A DNA stretch of 64,000 nucleotides from Chrysomallon squamiferum (GCA_012295275.1 CM022665.1:24676001-24740000); one strand, 5' to 3'; positions 26,849 through 38,287 are shown, counted from the first letter of the stretch. A program made the numbers and translations. Notes: generated by a model from the letters alone, not told the origin.

Positions 26849-29800
26849 AACCTAGTAAATCTTAATCAGTATTTATCTGTAATAATAATTAGTAAATCTA
26901 AATCGTATTTATTCATACTTACTAGTAAATATATGTATTTATCAATAATAATAACTAAAAAATCTAAATGAATATTTATCTGTAATAACAACATGTAAAT
27001 CAAAATCAGCGTGAATATGCAATAATGAATAATAAATTTAAATCAATATTTACAGTAATTAGTAAATCTAAATCAATATTTACAATAATGACTAGTAAAT
27101 AAACCTAAATCAATATTTACAATAATGACTAATAAATCTAAATCAATATTTACAATAATGACTAAGAAATCTAAATCAATATTTACAATAATAACTAGTA
27201 AATCTAAATCAATATTTACAACAATGATTAGTAAATCTATATCAATATTTATAATAATGACTAATAAATATAGAGAATATGTATCTCTGTGTCATCTATC
27301 TGGTGGTTTGATTAGGAAATTGGACATACTTGAAGGATAGAAACAGTATGGATTATCTGATGATACGATCTTGTCTGTCATATAATGATTTATGTAGTAA
27401 GTGATAAAAGTTTTGGAGGAGACAGTTTAATGTATGAACTGACACACTTCGTGAAATTATGAATTTTATTTGTGATCTGATATAATGAGGTTTTTTTTTG
27501 TGATCTGATATAATGAGGTGTTTTTTTTTGTGATTTGATATAATGAGAGTTCTTTTTGTTCTTATTTCATATAATAAATTTAATGTGTAATTTAATATAG
27601 AGTTATTTGTATTTAATATAATAAGCTTAATTTGTAATTCAGTATGACAAGTTTTATTTGTTTTTTAATATAATACATTTCATTTGTTATTTAATATAAT
27701 AAGTTTAATTTGTTATTTGATGTTTGATTTTTAATTTCATTATGATTTTTATTTGTTATTTTATACAATGAATTTTGGTGATTCAACGTTTTATTTTTTT
27801 TAACTTATTTGTTTGATTTTAAAAGTTGATTTTAACATGGTTTACTTTTTTTTACTTTTTCATAACCAGACATTTTATGAGATGTATGAGTTTAATGCAT
27901 GATTAAATTTAATGGTTTTAAAAAAATTAGTTAAATGTATGACTAGACATAATTTATGAAACAACATATTACATTTGTGTAAATTGCTATTTGTTTTATG
28001 AGATTTGTCTTTAAAATATATATTTCACTCTGTTGTCTGTCAAATAAATAAAAAGTCATATAATAATAAGAAGAATAACAATAATTAAATAACAAAAACC
28101 TCCACAAATATTATTAAAATACCTTTTGAAAATAATGATAGCACTATTATCATTTTAAACAACAGGACTAAATAAAGAATTCCCAAATTTATTATTGCGT
28201 GATAAATAAACAAACTGCTGTGAAATGTATTGAAACCATAAATCATTATTATTGTTTTTAATTCTTTGTTATTATTACTATTTTTTTAATTTATTTTTTA
28301 CAATATTACATGATAAACTTGCAAACATTTTGGAAAAATACTGAACCAAAACTAGTTTTTCTTCTTTTTTTCATTTCAGTTTTTATTTTTATTGGCAAAA
28401 ATATATTTTTTAACAGTGCACACATGTGCCATTGTTGACAGAACAAAATAAATACACAAGGACAAAATGTTGAGCATATGTTCCCTTTGAAAAGAACAAC
28501 TATATATGTTTTTTTTTTTTTTTTTGGCTTATTTTTTCAAACATGTCCCCGATGGTTATTTTCTGTTTTAATATTTATTCTTTTCTTTTTTTTACTTTTT
28601 TTTTTATCAGATGAGTTTGGTGATGGTGTTGGAAAATCAAAGAAAAACAAAAGAAGAACATCTGAATCTGATGAAAGTGATTCAGAATTTGCTAGTGAGA
28701 AGAAAAAGATGAGAAAAAATAAGTAAGAAAAAAACCTCATTACTGGAGCAGTGGAATAAATAATAATAATAATAATAATAAAAAATTAAGAAGACAAATA
28801 GAATGTCCAAAAAATTATTTCTCTGATTAAGTTACTTGTACTAATTTAAACCGTATAGTATTTTTGTTATGGTTTATTTTGCTCAGTGGTTAAAATGATC
28901 AATACTGAAGTATTGCAGGATTAGTCCCTTTGAGTCCATCTCTCAAAGATGGTGAAATATGCTTAACTGTCTGTTTTAAAAAAGATGTGTAAAATAACTG
29001 AAAAGAATAACACAGTGTGGTAACACTGGGTTTGGTGATGATGATGATGATGATGATGATAAATCCACATATTTAACAGCTATAAATGTTAAAAATTAAA
29101 TATTTTGCAATTTGCTTTAAAAATCCTCTTTTTTTTTTTCACAAATCCATATCTCAGATATGCAGATAAACCACAATGTGATCAAAGTGTTGACAGAACA
29201 AAATAATTTATGTGTAAACATGTTTTGTTAAAGCTTTTTAATCTTTAGTGCACATTCTTGCATCAGGTACTTTAAATAAATTATCTTTAAGTGTTTTTGC
29301 TTGTTAAAGATTAAAGTAAATGTGTTGTCTTGCTCACAAAAGAGAATTTAATTTTGCATCTTGATTGTAAAAACATAAAAAATAATAATAAAAAAAAAGA
29401 GTAATGCATCAGAATACATGTATTACAGTACTTATAATCCATTGCAAAAAGCAAAGAAAATGTTAAAAAAAAAAAATACAAATTTAAAGATGAATAAAGT
29501 GTGTAATCTTGTACCATAAATTTAGTTTATTTTATTTTTTAACCATCTACATAAATAAATCTGTCCCTTTTGCTCACAGAAACAAAACGTCAAGTCTGTT
29601 TGCTGCAGCAGAAGAATTTTCTCATCTTATTGATGAAGATGCTGACTCAAATGTGGACATGTTGGGAACACAGGCCATGTCAAACAAAGACAAAGCTAGT
29701 GAGTTTTCTTGTACACCTGCATATCTTTATACTTCAATACTACATACCATTAGTTTCATATACTTTTTATCATTATACATACATAAACATCATTATACAT

Positions 29801-30338
29801 TGTATATATAATTATATAATTGTATATCATTATACTTACATATCATGTAGCATTATGCATTATGATGATTATCACTATGTTTTTATATAATTATATATCA
29901 TTACACTTGTATATCCTATATCATTATGCTTACAGATACTTCATACTTACATATTGTGTATTATACCTTTTTTATTTTTACACTGAAGCATTGTAAATTA
30001 TATTTATACAGTGTATCATTACAATTTACTGACACATAATTTATTATTGTTATGCACTACATATCATTACAGTTTACTGACACATAATTCATTATTGTTA
30101 TGCACAACATATCATTATACACTATAGCATACTCATGCACTGTATATATTACACTTAAACACAGTGTATCTCAAAATATGTTTTGTTTGTAGGTGTGAAG
30201 CAGCTGAAATGGGAGGCTGAAAGGGACAGGTGGGTTAAAGGTCAAGACTGGAAGACAAAGAAAAGAATGAAGAAAGGAAAAATGAATTTCAAAAATAAAG
30301 GAAAGAAAGCAAAACCCCAGAAAATGAAAAAAAGATGA
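9295..30338 (+). CDS. CEBPZ: CCAAT/enhancer-binding protein zeta (Noc1/Mak21 family, CBF domain; 60S biogenesis factor), complete, 28 exons, 1050 aa
   Basis: 28 GT-AG bounded exons sum to 3153 nt in one frame from ATG 9295 to TGA 30336-30338. Family motifs: [38 protein letters not shown], YDPxxRNPLYC, [34 protein letters not shown], acidic tail, FAAAEEF, KQLKWE. Confidence 0.97.
10911..11009 (+). CDS. CEBPZ: CEBPZ exon 2
   Basis: CAG|[16 protein letters not shown]...IEKEE|GTACTG. Confidence 0.88.
11744..11811 (+). CDS. CEBPZ: CEBPZ exon 3
   Basis: TAG|[22 protein letters not shown]|GTAAGT. Confidence 0.85.
12198..12417 (+). CDS. CEBPZ: CEBPZ exon 4
   Basis: CAG|[12 protein letters not shown]...GSNWLAE|GTATAT, phase-compatible. 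Confidence 0.85.
12467..12693. mobile_element. Possible piggyBac-type MITE in CEBPZ intron 4
   Basis: TTAA|CTCTTTG ... CAAAGGG|TTAA: TTAA on both sides and short imperfect inverted ends. Confidence 0.4.
13172..13277 (+). CDS. CEBPZ: CEBPZ exon 5
   Basis: CAG|TSTELCTKD...[11 protein letters not shown]|GTATGT. Confidence 0.88.
13669..13857 (+). CDS. CEBPZ: CEBPZ exon 6
   Basis: [30 protein letters not shown]; AG/GT bounded. Confidence 0.95.
14358..14425 (+). CDS. CEBPZ: CEBPZ exon 7
   Basis: [22 protein letters not shown]. Confidence 0.93.
14826..14951 (+). CDS. CEBPZ: CEBPZ exon 8
   Basis: [42 protein letters not shown]. Confidence 0.94.
15569..15662. repeat. (CA)n / (CAAACA)n microsatellite
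   Basis: Seen directly, just upstream of CEBPZ exon 9. Confidence 0.95.
15691..15736 (+). CDS. CEBPZ: CEBPZ exon 9
   Basis: [15 protein letters not shown]|GTGAGT. Confidence 0.9.
16006..16049 (+). CDS. CEBPZ: CEBPZ exon 10
   Basis: AAG|[14 protein letters not shown]|GTAAGT. Confidence 0.9.
16120..16294. mobile_element. Decayed small MITE (GGATCCAGG-type ends) in CEBPZ intron 10
   Basis: CATGGGAAGATCCAGGATTT ... AAATGCTGGTTCTACCTTTG imperfect inverted ends. Confidence 0.35.
16954..17038 (+). CDS. CEBPZ: CEBPZ exon 11
   Basis: [28 protein letters not shown]. Confidence 0.94.
17368..17452 (+). CDS. CEBPZ: CEBPZ exon 12
   Basis: [28 protein letters not shown]. Confidence 0.93.
18558..18654 (+). 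CDS. CEBPZ: CEBPZ exon 13
   Basis: [12 protein letters not shown]...[10 protein letters not shown]. Confidence 0.94.
18810..18894 (+). CDS. CEBPZ: CEBPZ exon 14
   Basis: [28 protein letters not shown]. Confidence 0.95.
19407..19521 (+). CDS. CEBPZ: CEBPZ exon 15
   Basis: [29 protein letters not shown]. Confidence 0.95.
19927..20068 (+). CDS. CEBPZ: CEBPZ exon 16
   Basis: [15 protein letters not shown]...[19 protein letters not shown]. Confidence 0.95.
20476..20556 (+). CDS. CEBPZ: CEBPZ exon 17
   Basis: [27 protein letters not shown]. Confidence 0.95.
20858..20905 (+). CDS. CEBPZ: CEBPZ exon 18
   Basis: CAG|[16 protein letters not shown]|GTAAAT. Confidence 0.85.
21068..21236 (+). CDS. 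CEBPZ: CEBPZ exon 19
   Basis: [10 protein letters not shown]...[10 protein letters not shown]. Confidence 0.9.
21916..22058 (+). CDS. CEBPZ: CEBPZ exon 20
   Basis: [41 protein letters not shown]. Confidence 0.96.
22447..22546 (+). CDS. CEBPZ: CEBPZ exon 21
   Basis: [26 protein letters not shown]. Confidence 0.96.
23015..23153 (+). CDS. CEBPZ: CEBPZ exon 22
   Basis: [23 protein letters not shown]|GTGAGT. Confidence 0.93.
23675..23763 (+). CDS. CEBPZ: CEBPZ exon 23
   Basis: YFSQKA...[11 protein letters not shown]. Confidence 0.92.
24142..24199 (+). CDS. CEBPZ: CEBPZ exon 24
   Basis: [18 protein letters not shown]. Confidence 0.88.
24859..25130 (+). CDS. CEBPZ: CEBPZ exon 25 (acidic region)
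   Basis: K-rich then D/E-rich, phase-compatible, GTATGT donor. Confidence 0.9.
26849..27270. repeat. 33-bp AT-rich minisatellite in CEBPZ intron 25
   Basis: Unit ~CTAAATCAATATTTACAATAATGACTAGTAAAT; the spurious ORF 27125-27340 shows 11-aa periodicity. Confidence 0.9.
27465..27780. repeat. Degenerate ~29-bp tandem repeat
   Basis: Recurrent TTTGTGATCTGATATAATGAG / TTTGTTATTTAATATAATAAG units. Confidence 0.65.
28611..28722 (+). CDS. CEBPZ: CEBPZ exon 26
   Basis: [15 protein letters not shown]...KKKMRKN, long polypyrimidine acceptor, GTAAG donor. Confidence 0.85.
29580..29698 (+). CDS. CEBPZ: CEBPZ exon 27
   Basis: [16 protein letters not shown]...AMSNKDKA. Confidence 0.94.
30193..30338 (+). 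CDS. CEBPZ: CEBPZ exon 28 (terminal coding exon)
   Basis: [13 protein letters not shown]...KMKKR*; AATAAA at 30354 and 30412. Confidence 0.94.
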
Positions 30339-30579
30339 AACTAAACATTAAGGAATAAATTATTTCACTACTTAAAAACTGTGGATTAAATTTAAAAAAA
30401 ATATTTTAGTCAATAAATGATCCAGTCTTCCACTTAAAGTATTATTTATTTATTTGTTTATACATGGTGGTTTTATTATAAAACACATCTTTAACATATA
30501 ATCTGCATGCAGAAATGAACAATTTTTGTGGTAATTATTTTGGATATTGTTTTATAGATTTCATGCACTTTTAAATTAG

Positions 30580-30611
<32 letters not shown>

Positions 30612-32322
30612 GGTGGTAATTATTTTTATATTTGTCCTCCATTCTGTCATAACTATTTAATTTGTAGTTTGTCTTCATTTTTTATATGATTACTGAACAA
30701 GCCTTAGCATAAATAAAATAATGTTCTGTCAAGAGATGAAATTTTAGAATTATTTGCAGTCATTACTGCTAGTGATTAGTCCATAATTTGATTAATCAAA
30801 GATACATCAGACTTTGGAGAGGGATATAAGAGACAGAAAGGTAAATAATTGCTGAAATGAATATTTAATGACAACCGAGCCCCCAGAAGTTCATTACTGT
30901 GGGTCAGACAAACAGGCTGAAATAGTCAAATGGTTGGAACACTCAATTGTTAAGGATAACACCAGGTGCCTCAGCATATTTATTTTTTATTATTATTATT
31001 ATTATTTTTTTATATATATATATATATTTTTTTTTTAACCTAATGGCAAAAATATGAATGAAAAATTTAATCGATGACATTTATTGGTTTATTTTCGTTA
31101 CAGGTTGTGAAACCATGCAAATTAATTAAATTTTTTTATTAGCATTATTTACTGAGAGATGAAATTATTTCTGGAGTGGCACTATGTGAAATGTTGTGAG
31201 AGAAAAAATGTCAAAAGGATCAGGAATGAATAAATCTTTTAATGACACGACTAATATTTGAGCCCCCCAGAATTTTGATGGGTATAGATATGTATTTGTC
31301 AAACGTATCTTTTTGTGATTATAATACTGTGAGGAGAAACACGATTCAAAGAACTGGTCGTACCAGTTAACAGAAGAGAAAAAAAAAAAAAAAAAATAAT
31401 TATGGGCATCTTTCCAATAACAGGAAAGCATATGTGACAATGTTTGATAAAATTTTAGTTGAATTCTTGTAGGAATGGAATTCAAAAAGGAATATTCAGT
31501 GTTTTCTCTAATTAAGAAATTAAGAGATAATTTCCATTCCCTAACTACCATTCCTTTATTTCTATCAAAGTCATTACGTCATCGATGCCGAAAAGTAGGA
31601 TAACGGGATACGTGTCCCCGAGGTCAGTGTTCGCGCGCGCGCGCGTGTGTTGTGTGTCTAATGCATGTTTCATTTAGTTATTAGTTCTCAGTTCTGAATG
31701 ACCAAACACCTTTAAAGTCAATCTTTATTTAATACATTTTTTTAAATATTAATAACTAATCCAGTTATTTTTACTCTTTTTTAAAAATGATTGTTGAAAT
31801 CAGCTCTTTAAGTCGTGATTTGATGATCTTAAAATACTTTAAACTGCTTAATGCCTGAAACTTCAGAAACCTTTGGCCCTTAGAGCTTCACCAGTGGTTT
31901 TGATACCGTATTCCGTGAGATTTCGAATATTATTCAGTAGGTACATGCATACAGTATATATTTAATATTTTAAAAATTGATAACTTTGGGAAAAGTAATG
32001 CATTTATTTCACATCTGACAAAAGTCTCATTTAATTAAATTAACCGTCATTATTTTTCATCACGGAAATAAAATATGAAGACTATTTCAGTCCGCGTTTA
32101 TATCAAGACGTGTTTTGGACTGACGTCATGAGAAGTTTATTTAAAAAATAGACTTGCACTTAACATCACGGTCGAATCCAGGACTTTAGAAAAGATGGTT
32201 TTCGTGATGGTGGATGATGAGCTGTATTATTAACATAAATAATTTTAAAAAGAAGAAAAAAGTTTGCCCAAAGGTACGGATATGCATGAACTAATAATTA
32301 CATACCACTAATTCATAATGTA

Positions 32323-32372
<50 letters not shown>

Positions 32373-32900
32373 AGTTCACGAAGTCGGCATTTCGAAACCT
32401 GGAAAGTCCCAAGCTTGGCCTGAACTGAACAAATTCCCATACTCGGAAACGATCCCCCTACCCGGCATTATTTCGCCGATTCACCTCGCTGACGTGGTGG
32501 CGCGCGCTTCGCACCGGTTTTACAAAGTATCTTCGCGCTAGTTTTACAAAGGGCTTGTCGCTGTGAAGTGCAGATCCATGACTTGTGTTGACATTTGTAG
32601 ACATTATTATAACTTTTTGCAGTGAAAATAGGCCTCCAATCCGAATGCCCAGAATTACCCATATCTGTGAAGAAAAAGAATCATCTGTTGAATGTAACCG
32701 AAAAGGTTCGAATAAGTAAGGACTCGGGAATTTCGCTACAGCAGTCTCTGTGAACTGTTTAGTGTTCGCTCTTCGATGCTGTATGACATTAATGCACGTA
32801 CAGTATCCATTTTGTATGAAAAATGTAATAACGTTCCTAAAGTCGGCAAATTCCGTTAGTCGGCACAGCACTGGTCCCAACGATGCCGAGTTTGAGAACT
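32373..32900. mobile_element. TIR-bounded non-autonomous element (MITE-like) containing kB-like sites
   Basis: AGTTCACGAAGTCGGCAT (32373-32390) versus reverse complement of ATGCCGAGTTTGAGAACT (32883-32900), 15/18 match. Internal GTCGGCA repeats. CpG-rich. Abuts an (AAT)n tract. Confidence 0.55.
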
Positions 32901-33614
32901 TCAACATGTAATAATAAATATAAAGAAAATAAGAACAAACAGGAATAATGAAAAAAAAAAGAATCACACACACAGACATTTGCACCGAAATGTGTATAAT
33001 TACTTTTTGTGATAGTCAGTCTTGCAGAATTACGTTGACCTAGACGTTTTTTTTTATAAATACTAAACGCTAATGGAGTATTTAAAAAAAACCAAAAAAA
33101 CCCAAAAAAACCACACAAACAAACAACACGCATTCAAATACGCATTCTGAAAGAAAGACATGCACACACATTCATATACATACAGACATATGTAAGACAG
33201 ACAGACGCACACACATACGCAGATACAGAACAAGAAGTTGCAGAAGGTCTTTGCCAGAGATTTAACGGAACTTGAATCTTGTTTAAGTATCAGTGAAAAC
33301 ATTTTTAATCCCGTCAGTCAAAATGATACGTGCTGCTGCAACAGTGCAAGAGATGTAATTTTTGTTATCTGTCTTTCAGTATTAATTCTGTCATTCTGGT
33401 TTTCGTCAGTGTCTTGCTTGTCCGGGAATAAAATAGAACGAATAATTGATTTGGTTTATTCCAAGACATTTTTGGAAGGGTGGATGGAAATTAATTTGGC
33501 AGAGCTATTATTTTTCCAATTTTCAATGATTTAATAATAATAATAATAAATAAATAAATATTAATAAAAAAATGAAATTTTGGTTACAGGGTTTATTCAT
33601 ATGTGTAACTAATT

Positions 33615-33660
<46 letters not shown>

Positions 33661-35509
33661 ATAATAATAATAAAAAAAAAAAAAAAAATAAAAGATACTT
33701 TTTTTTTTTTTTCATTTAATATATACTCACATACTGTAAGGGGACCTGTTTGCTGTTAATTATTTACATTAAGCATCAAATACTTCTACACCAGAATGTT
33801 ATAAACATCTTTTTGATGTTCTCGTGTTTATAGATATTACCAAAGGCTTTTCTTCTAAAATAACATTGTCTAGTCGCTCGTTCTGTTTTTATTTGTTTTT
33901 GCTGTTGGGATATCCGCGAAGCTAATTATTTCCAGATAACAGAAGTGTCGAGTGATACAAATGTAAGGAAACTTAAGGCTGTTGATCACATAACTGTCAT
34001 AATCATATTAATTTTTTAAATTATTACTTCCATACTATAAGGCTTATAGATACTTGAAAAGGTCAGCATTACCTTATGTCTGTGTCTGTTTGTGTGTACG
34101 TGTGTTAATTTATTTATTATTTATTATGTCCAACATCCTGCATATATTTTAATGCTTGACCATGTTTGTTTTTGTTTTTCGACCCTTTTTGTAATGAGAC
34201 TCGTTTCGCCTTGAAAATCGTTTCTCTATCATAATGGTGTTACTGTATGTTCTGATAATCCGATCCTGTTTATAATATTTATCCTTCACGTACGTCTACC
34301 AGCGTATTAAAAATAGTTCCTTTGCAAACCTCACATAACATGAAATTTCTAAATTTAAAACCCTCGGGCTTAACTTTTTTCTTTTCCATCTTTCAGACAA
34401 GTAATGTCTTAGAAATCACGCTGATATCCGTCGTTCGGAAACCCTAAAGGATTGTTCTTGAAACGCAACAAGTGGTAATGAACTTGTACTATAAGAACAC
34501 GAAAATAGCATCAGTTTAAGTTGTATAGTGGGATCGCTCCTTTTCCCCGTCACATAACGACTGTCTTTGACGCTGTCATAAGACAAGGGCGCCATCACAG
34601 GAAATAAAGTCGCGTAAATCTGTTATCACCTAATTAAATAATGGTATGAAATCTTTTAGAGTAATGCGATACCTCATATTTATTTAATAAAAATATTGCT
34701 TGTTGATACTTTATCATTATTGCTGCTACCGAACTAGTACAAGACAACGAGTGCACGGATCGCATTAATTCAGATACTGACAACACGATCACGCTCTATC
34801 TCGGCAACGTGCTGATAAAGAGGGAACTGAAACCCACGACAGCCATTAATCTGTCAACTTTTTTTTTTTTCTTTATATTTTTTTGCTTTCTTCTCTTATA
34901 TATATTTTTGTTTTGCTTTAGTTTTTCCGCTCTTGAATAATGAATGCATTATCTGTAATAAACAAAAATGCATACAAAGTTAGATTCACTGTAACGCAGG
35001 AGATTCTTTTTCTATTTTCATAATTTATTGTTAATAAAGATTGGTGGCCTAACGCAAATCAATGATATGCATTTATTTAAGTTGTTTTATTTTTTTTTTT
35101 TTTACGCACCACTAAAAATATAATCTTAATCAGTAAGTGAAAAAGGATAACTCAGTTTTGGTAGTTATCTCAAATTCGAAGGCACATGTTACAGCTAAAA
35201 CCTACGTTAGTACATCAGAATGGATATGCCATATCTGTATATATACCACCATGCTTGATCCATAACGTAACATGTTATTACAGAATGGATCTAATTTTAT
35301 TACAAAATCGATACAAAGTTTCATAAGAGAATAGTTTGTTTATGTTGTTTGTTTATTCTTTTTATTATAAAATGGTTATTTTATTACAGAATGCATTTAT
35401 TAAGAATTGCTAAGATTATTGTCAACACTTTAACAACACTATCAGAAGGTATTAACTAATTATCACGTAACTAATTTGTTGTAATTCGAACTCAAAATCT
35501 TGAGAGGAA

Positions 35510-35625
35510 GGTCTTTGCGAGAGACAGGGCATCACATGCCACGTGTCTATAGACCAGTCAAGGTACTAGATGGAACGGATAAACACCCAGTTGTTCCGCC
35601 TAGTAGGTTCGATCCTCCTACACGA
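35510..35625 (-). mobile_element. Degenerate tRNA-derived SINE remnant (MetaSINE-like core)
   Basis: ACAGGGCATCACATGCCACG..ACCAGTC..GGAACG..GGTTCGATCC resembles, from recall, the reverse complement of the Meta-core SINE; related to the copy at 54700-54812. Confidence 0.45.
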
Positions 35626-35804
35626 TTCTATATAACTGTAACTAAATTACTGAATGCGCTGAATAGAAGATTTCTTTCTTTTTTATTTAAAGAAGTTGAA
35701 AATAGGTCAAAATTGGCTTAATACATGATTATTAAGATCTTGATTTGGATGATGCCCGGCTGATAAATCGTGTTGGCAGGAGTGGTATCAATACTGTTCA
35801 ATGG

Positions 35805-35808
<4 letters not shown>

Positions 35809-35890
<82 letters not shown>
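35809..35890. repeat. (CT)n microsatellite
   Basis: Seen directly. Confidence 0.97.
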
Positions 35891-35898
<8 letters not shown>

Positions 35899-37864
35899 CA
35901 CACACACTCATCTAACAGTGGTTGAAAATTATTTATAATCATAACTAATTACTAATGAACAGTTAAGATCTTGAATACGTAGCTTTCTACAAACAATATT
36001 TTGTAAAAATTTCTTAATTCTTCTTCTGTATCATGAATATTCATTCAAACATTTTTCCTAATCATAAAAAAAAAAAAAAAACGAAAAGAAAAGTCACTAT
36101 CTTCCGTTGACTATTAATCACAATTTTACCGATATTTTATACATGTACATACAACAATAGGAAAACAGAAAATCTAACCACGCTTTCCTGGAAAAAGGAA
36201 ATGTATTCATCACTTTCTGCTGTTTGATATCCACGCTTCTGAATTTGCGATGCAACTGATCATATCTCTAGACTCTAAATAATAGCTGTTTTCGAAGTCT
36301 GCACGCATAACCTAACGATAACAGAGGAAAATAATGAAGACATACTTTCACAAAAATTCACCCCCATTGTTGACAGAACGCAGGAAGAAGGGACATTTGT
36401 TAAATGGATTCATTGCAGGAAGCTTTGCGGGGAAAGTAATTATAGCAATATCACTTAAGACATTTTTTTTTTTTTTTTTTTTTTTGTAATGGAAGTATCG
36501 CACCTTTGATGCATATGTCTTTGTAAAACTAGGTAAAAAGGACATAAAAATTAAAAAAAAAAAAAAAAAAAACGAAGAAGAAGAAAAATCAGGGAAAAAT
36601 AAGTAAAAAAAAATTATTTAGAAGACAACCTCTACAAGAAGTACTTGAAAAATTATTAAACCTGTGACAACAGCGAATATTTTTAGCATACTCGTCCAAT
36701 AAGATCTATTGCTTTCCTTGTTTTTCAAACTGTTTTTTCTTTTGTTAGAGACAGTTTTGTTTATTTTAATTATTATTATTATTACTACTAACATTACTAC
36801 TACTACTATACTACTTTCGAACAATCAGCTAGAGATAACTGTTTTTAAAGAAAGACGTAAGAATTAATCATGATTTCTTCCTTCAGAAGAATTTAAAAAT
36901 AATGAATTAGAAAAAAAACATGGTGGCGGTAATACTAATTTTACTGGACGCTGGGACGGAAGTTAATAAAGAATAACAATTATCATAATTAACAGTCTCT
37001 TTCGCAATAAACTACTCTCTTGTCATGTTATGTGTCAATTATAATTCTGTTTAGTTATAAATATTGATTTGTTGTATTGTAGAGATAATAATCATATAAT
37101 ACAAGTGTTTTACGACATGAAACATTAAACATTAAGAACACTGGATATGACGTGCACTCTTGACAAACGGACAGTGTAAAAATCACGTAGAGATGAATAT
37201 AAAGTAAATACAGGATCATGGACTGACAGACAGACAAATACACACACACACACACACACATATACACATACATACATACACAAACATATACATATACACA
37301 CACATACATACATATGTATGTATATATATATATATACGAGTATGCATGTGTATATGCATTTATGAATGCGTAAATGCATGCATACAAGTATGTGTGTATG
37401 TATGTCTGCGGATCTGTCTATCTGAATGTATTCGTGCATGTATACACATCTTAGGCGAATGAACTGCATTTTAGTTTACTTTCTACAAAGCCACCATTGA
37501 GATTTCTTTTTTTTTTTTGGTTTTTTTTTTTTTTTTGTCAACATCTTCAGAACACTCATTAACTGGCCGCACGGCGTGGATAACGTGAGTAACTGTAATT
37601 ACTCCTGGCTTGATCTCTCATTAACAACGTCTTATTCTAATTACAATGGAACATCTAAAATTAAATTGCGTCATGTGTAGCAGCTCGTTTGTGCATTATA
37701 TTCTCCATGTATTTCAAAATACTTTTTAATAATTGTTAATTACTAATGAGTATTGTCCTTTCCCGTCGGTGTCGCACATCAGATATATTCGTTAAAATAA
37801 GCACAAAGTGTTCATTAACATGACTTTAAACACGATAACGTTATGTTCCATCAGAAAGCGTAAA

Positions 37865-38037
37865 ATATAACCTCTGATAATACAGAGATGTAACCTCTGA
37901 GAGAACGGTAACTTTGACCTCAGAGAAGGTGACCTCGTTAGACAACGGTAAATGTGACCTGTATGGGATCGGTGAAGTGACCCCAGTGAGAGCGGTAATA
38001 AGACCTCTCAGAGAATGTTAATGTGGCTTCAGAGAAT
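37865..38037. repeat. Degenerate ~22-25 bp tandem repeat rich in TGACC(T)
   Basis: Recurrent (T)GACCTC..GAGAACGGTAA units. Confidence 0.7.
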
Positions 38038-38287
38038 ACTTTTTAAGTAATGCAGTCGTTGTGAAAATAGTAATACCACTCTCCATGTCCAAAGACAAGG
38101 GCGTTAATCAGCTAAATAAATCTCACGTTTCACGCTCCCTGTCGTTTTATCACTGGAAGTCAGGCACTGGTGACAGCCACTCTACGACTGACAGATGCAT
38201 TCCCGCACAGATAACACACCGCTACTTTATTTCCATTTGCAATACAAACTGTGAGCTTGATTTCATAAAAATAATCGTATTATTATT

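Noticed and set aside
28720-28762. Truncated CEBPZ isoform via in-frame TAA at the exon 26 donor plus nearby AATAAA
   Set aside because: TAA is simply part of the GTAAG donor and AATAAA is ubiquitous in this AT-rich DNA; no independent evidence.
32458-32985. 175-aa minus-strand ORF, and the plus-strand peptide MPRITHICEEKESS as a possible antizyme-like first exon
   Set aside because: No recognisable domain; the ORF starts in low-complexity sequence; no downstream exon or TCC-TGA frameshift site found. Better explained as a TIR element or regulatory island.
29000-33000. Ortholog of the CEBPZOS microprotein, which lies antisense at the CEBPZ 3' end in human
   Set aside because: No matching peptide seen by eye; a TBLASTN with CEBPZOS would be needed to exclude small exons.
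36348-36545. Peptide MNPFNKCPFFLRS resembling a heme-regulatory CP motif
   Set aside because: Very short, ends in a stop, no splice donor or further exons; likely chance.
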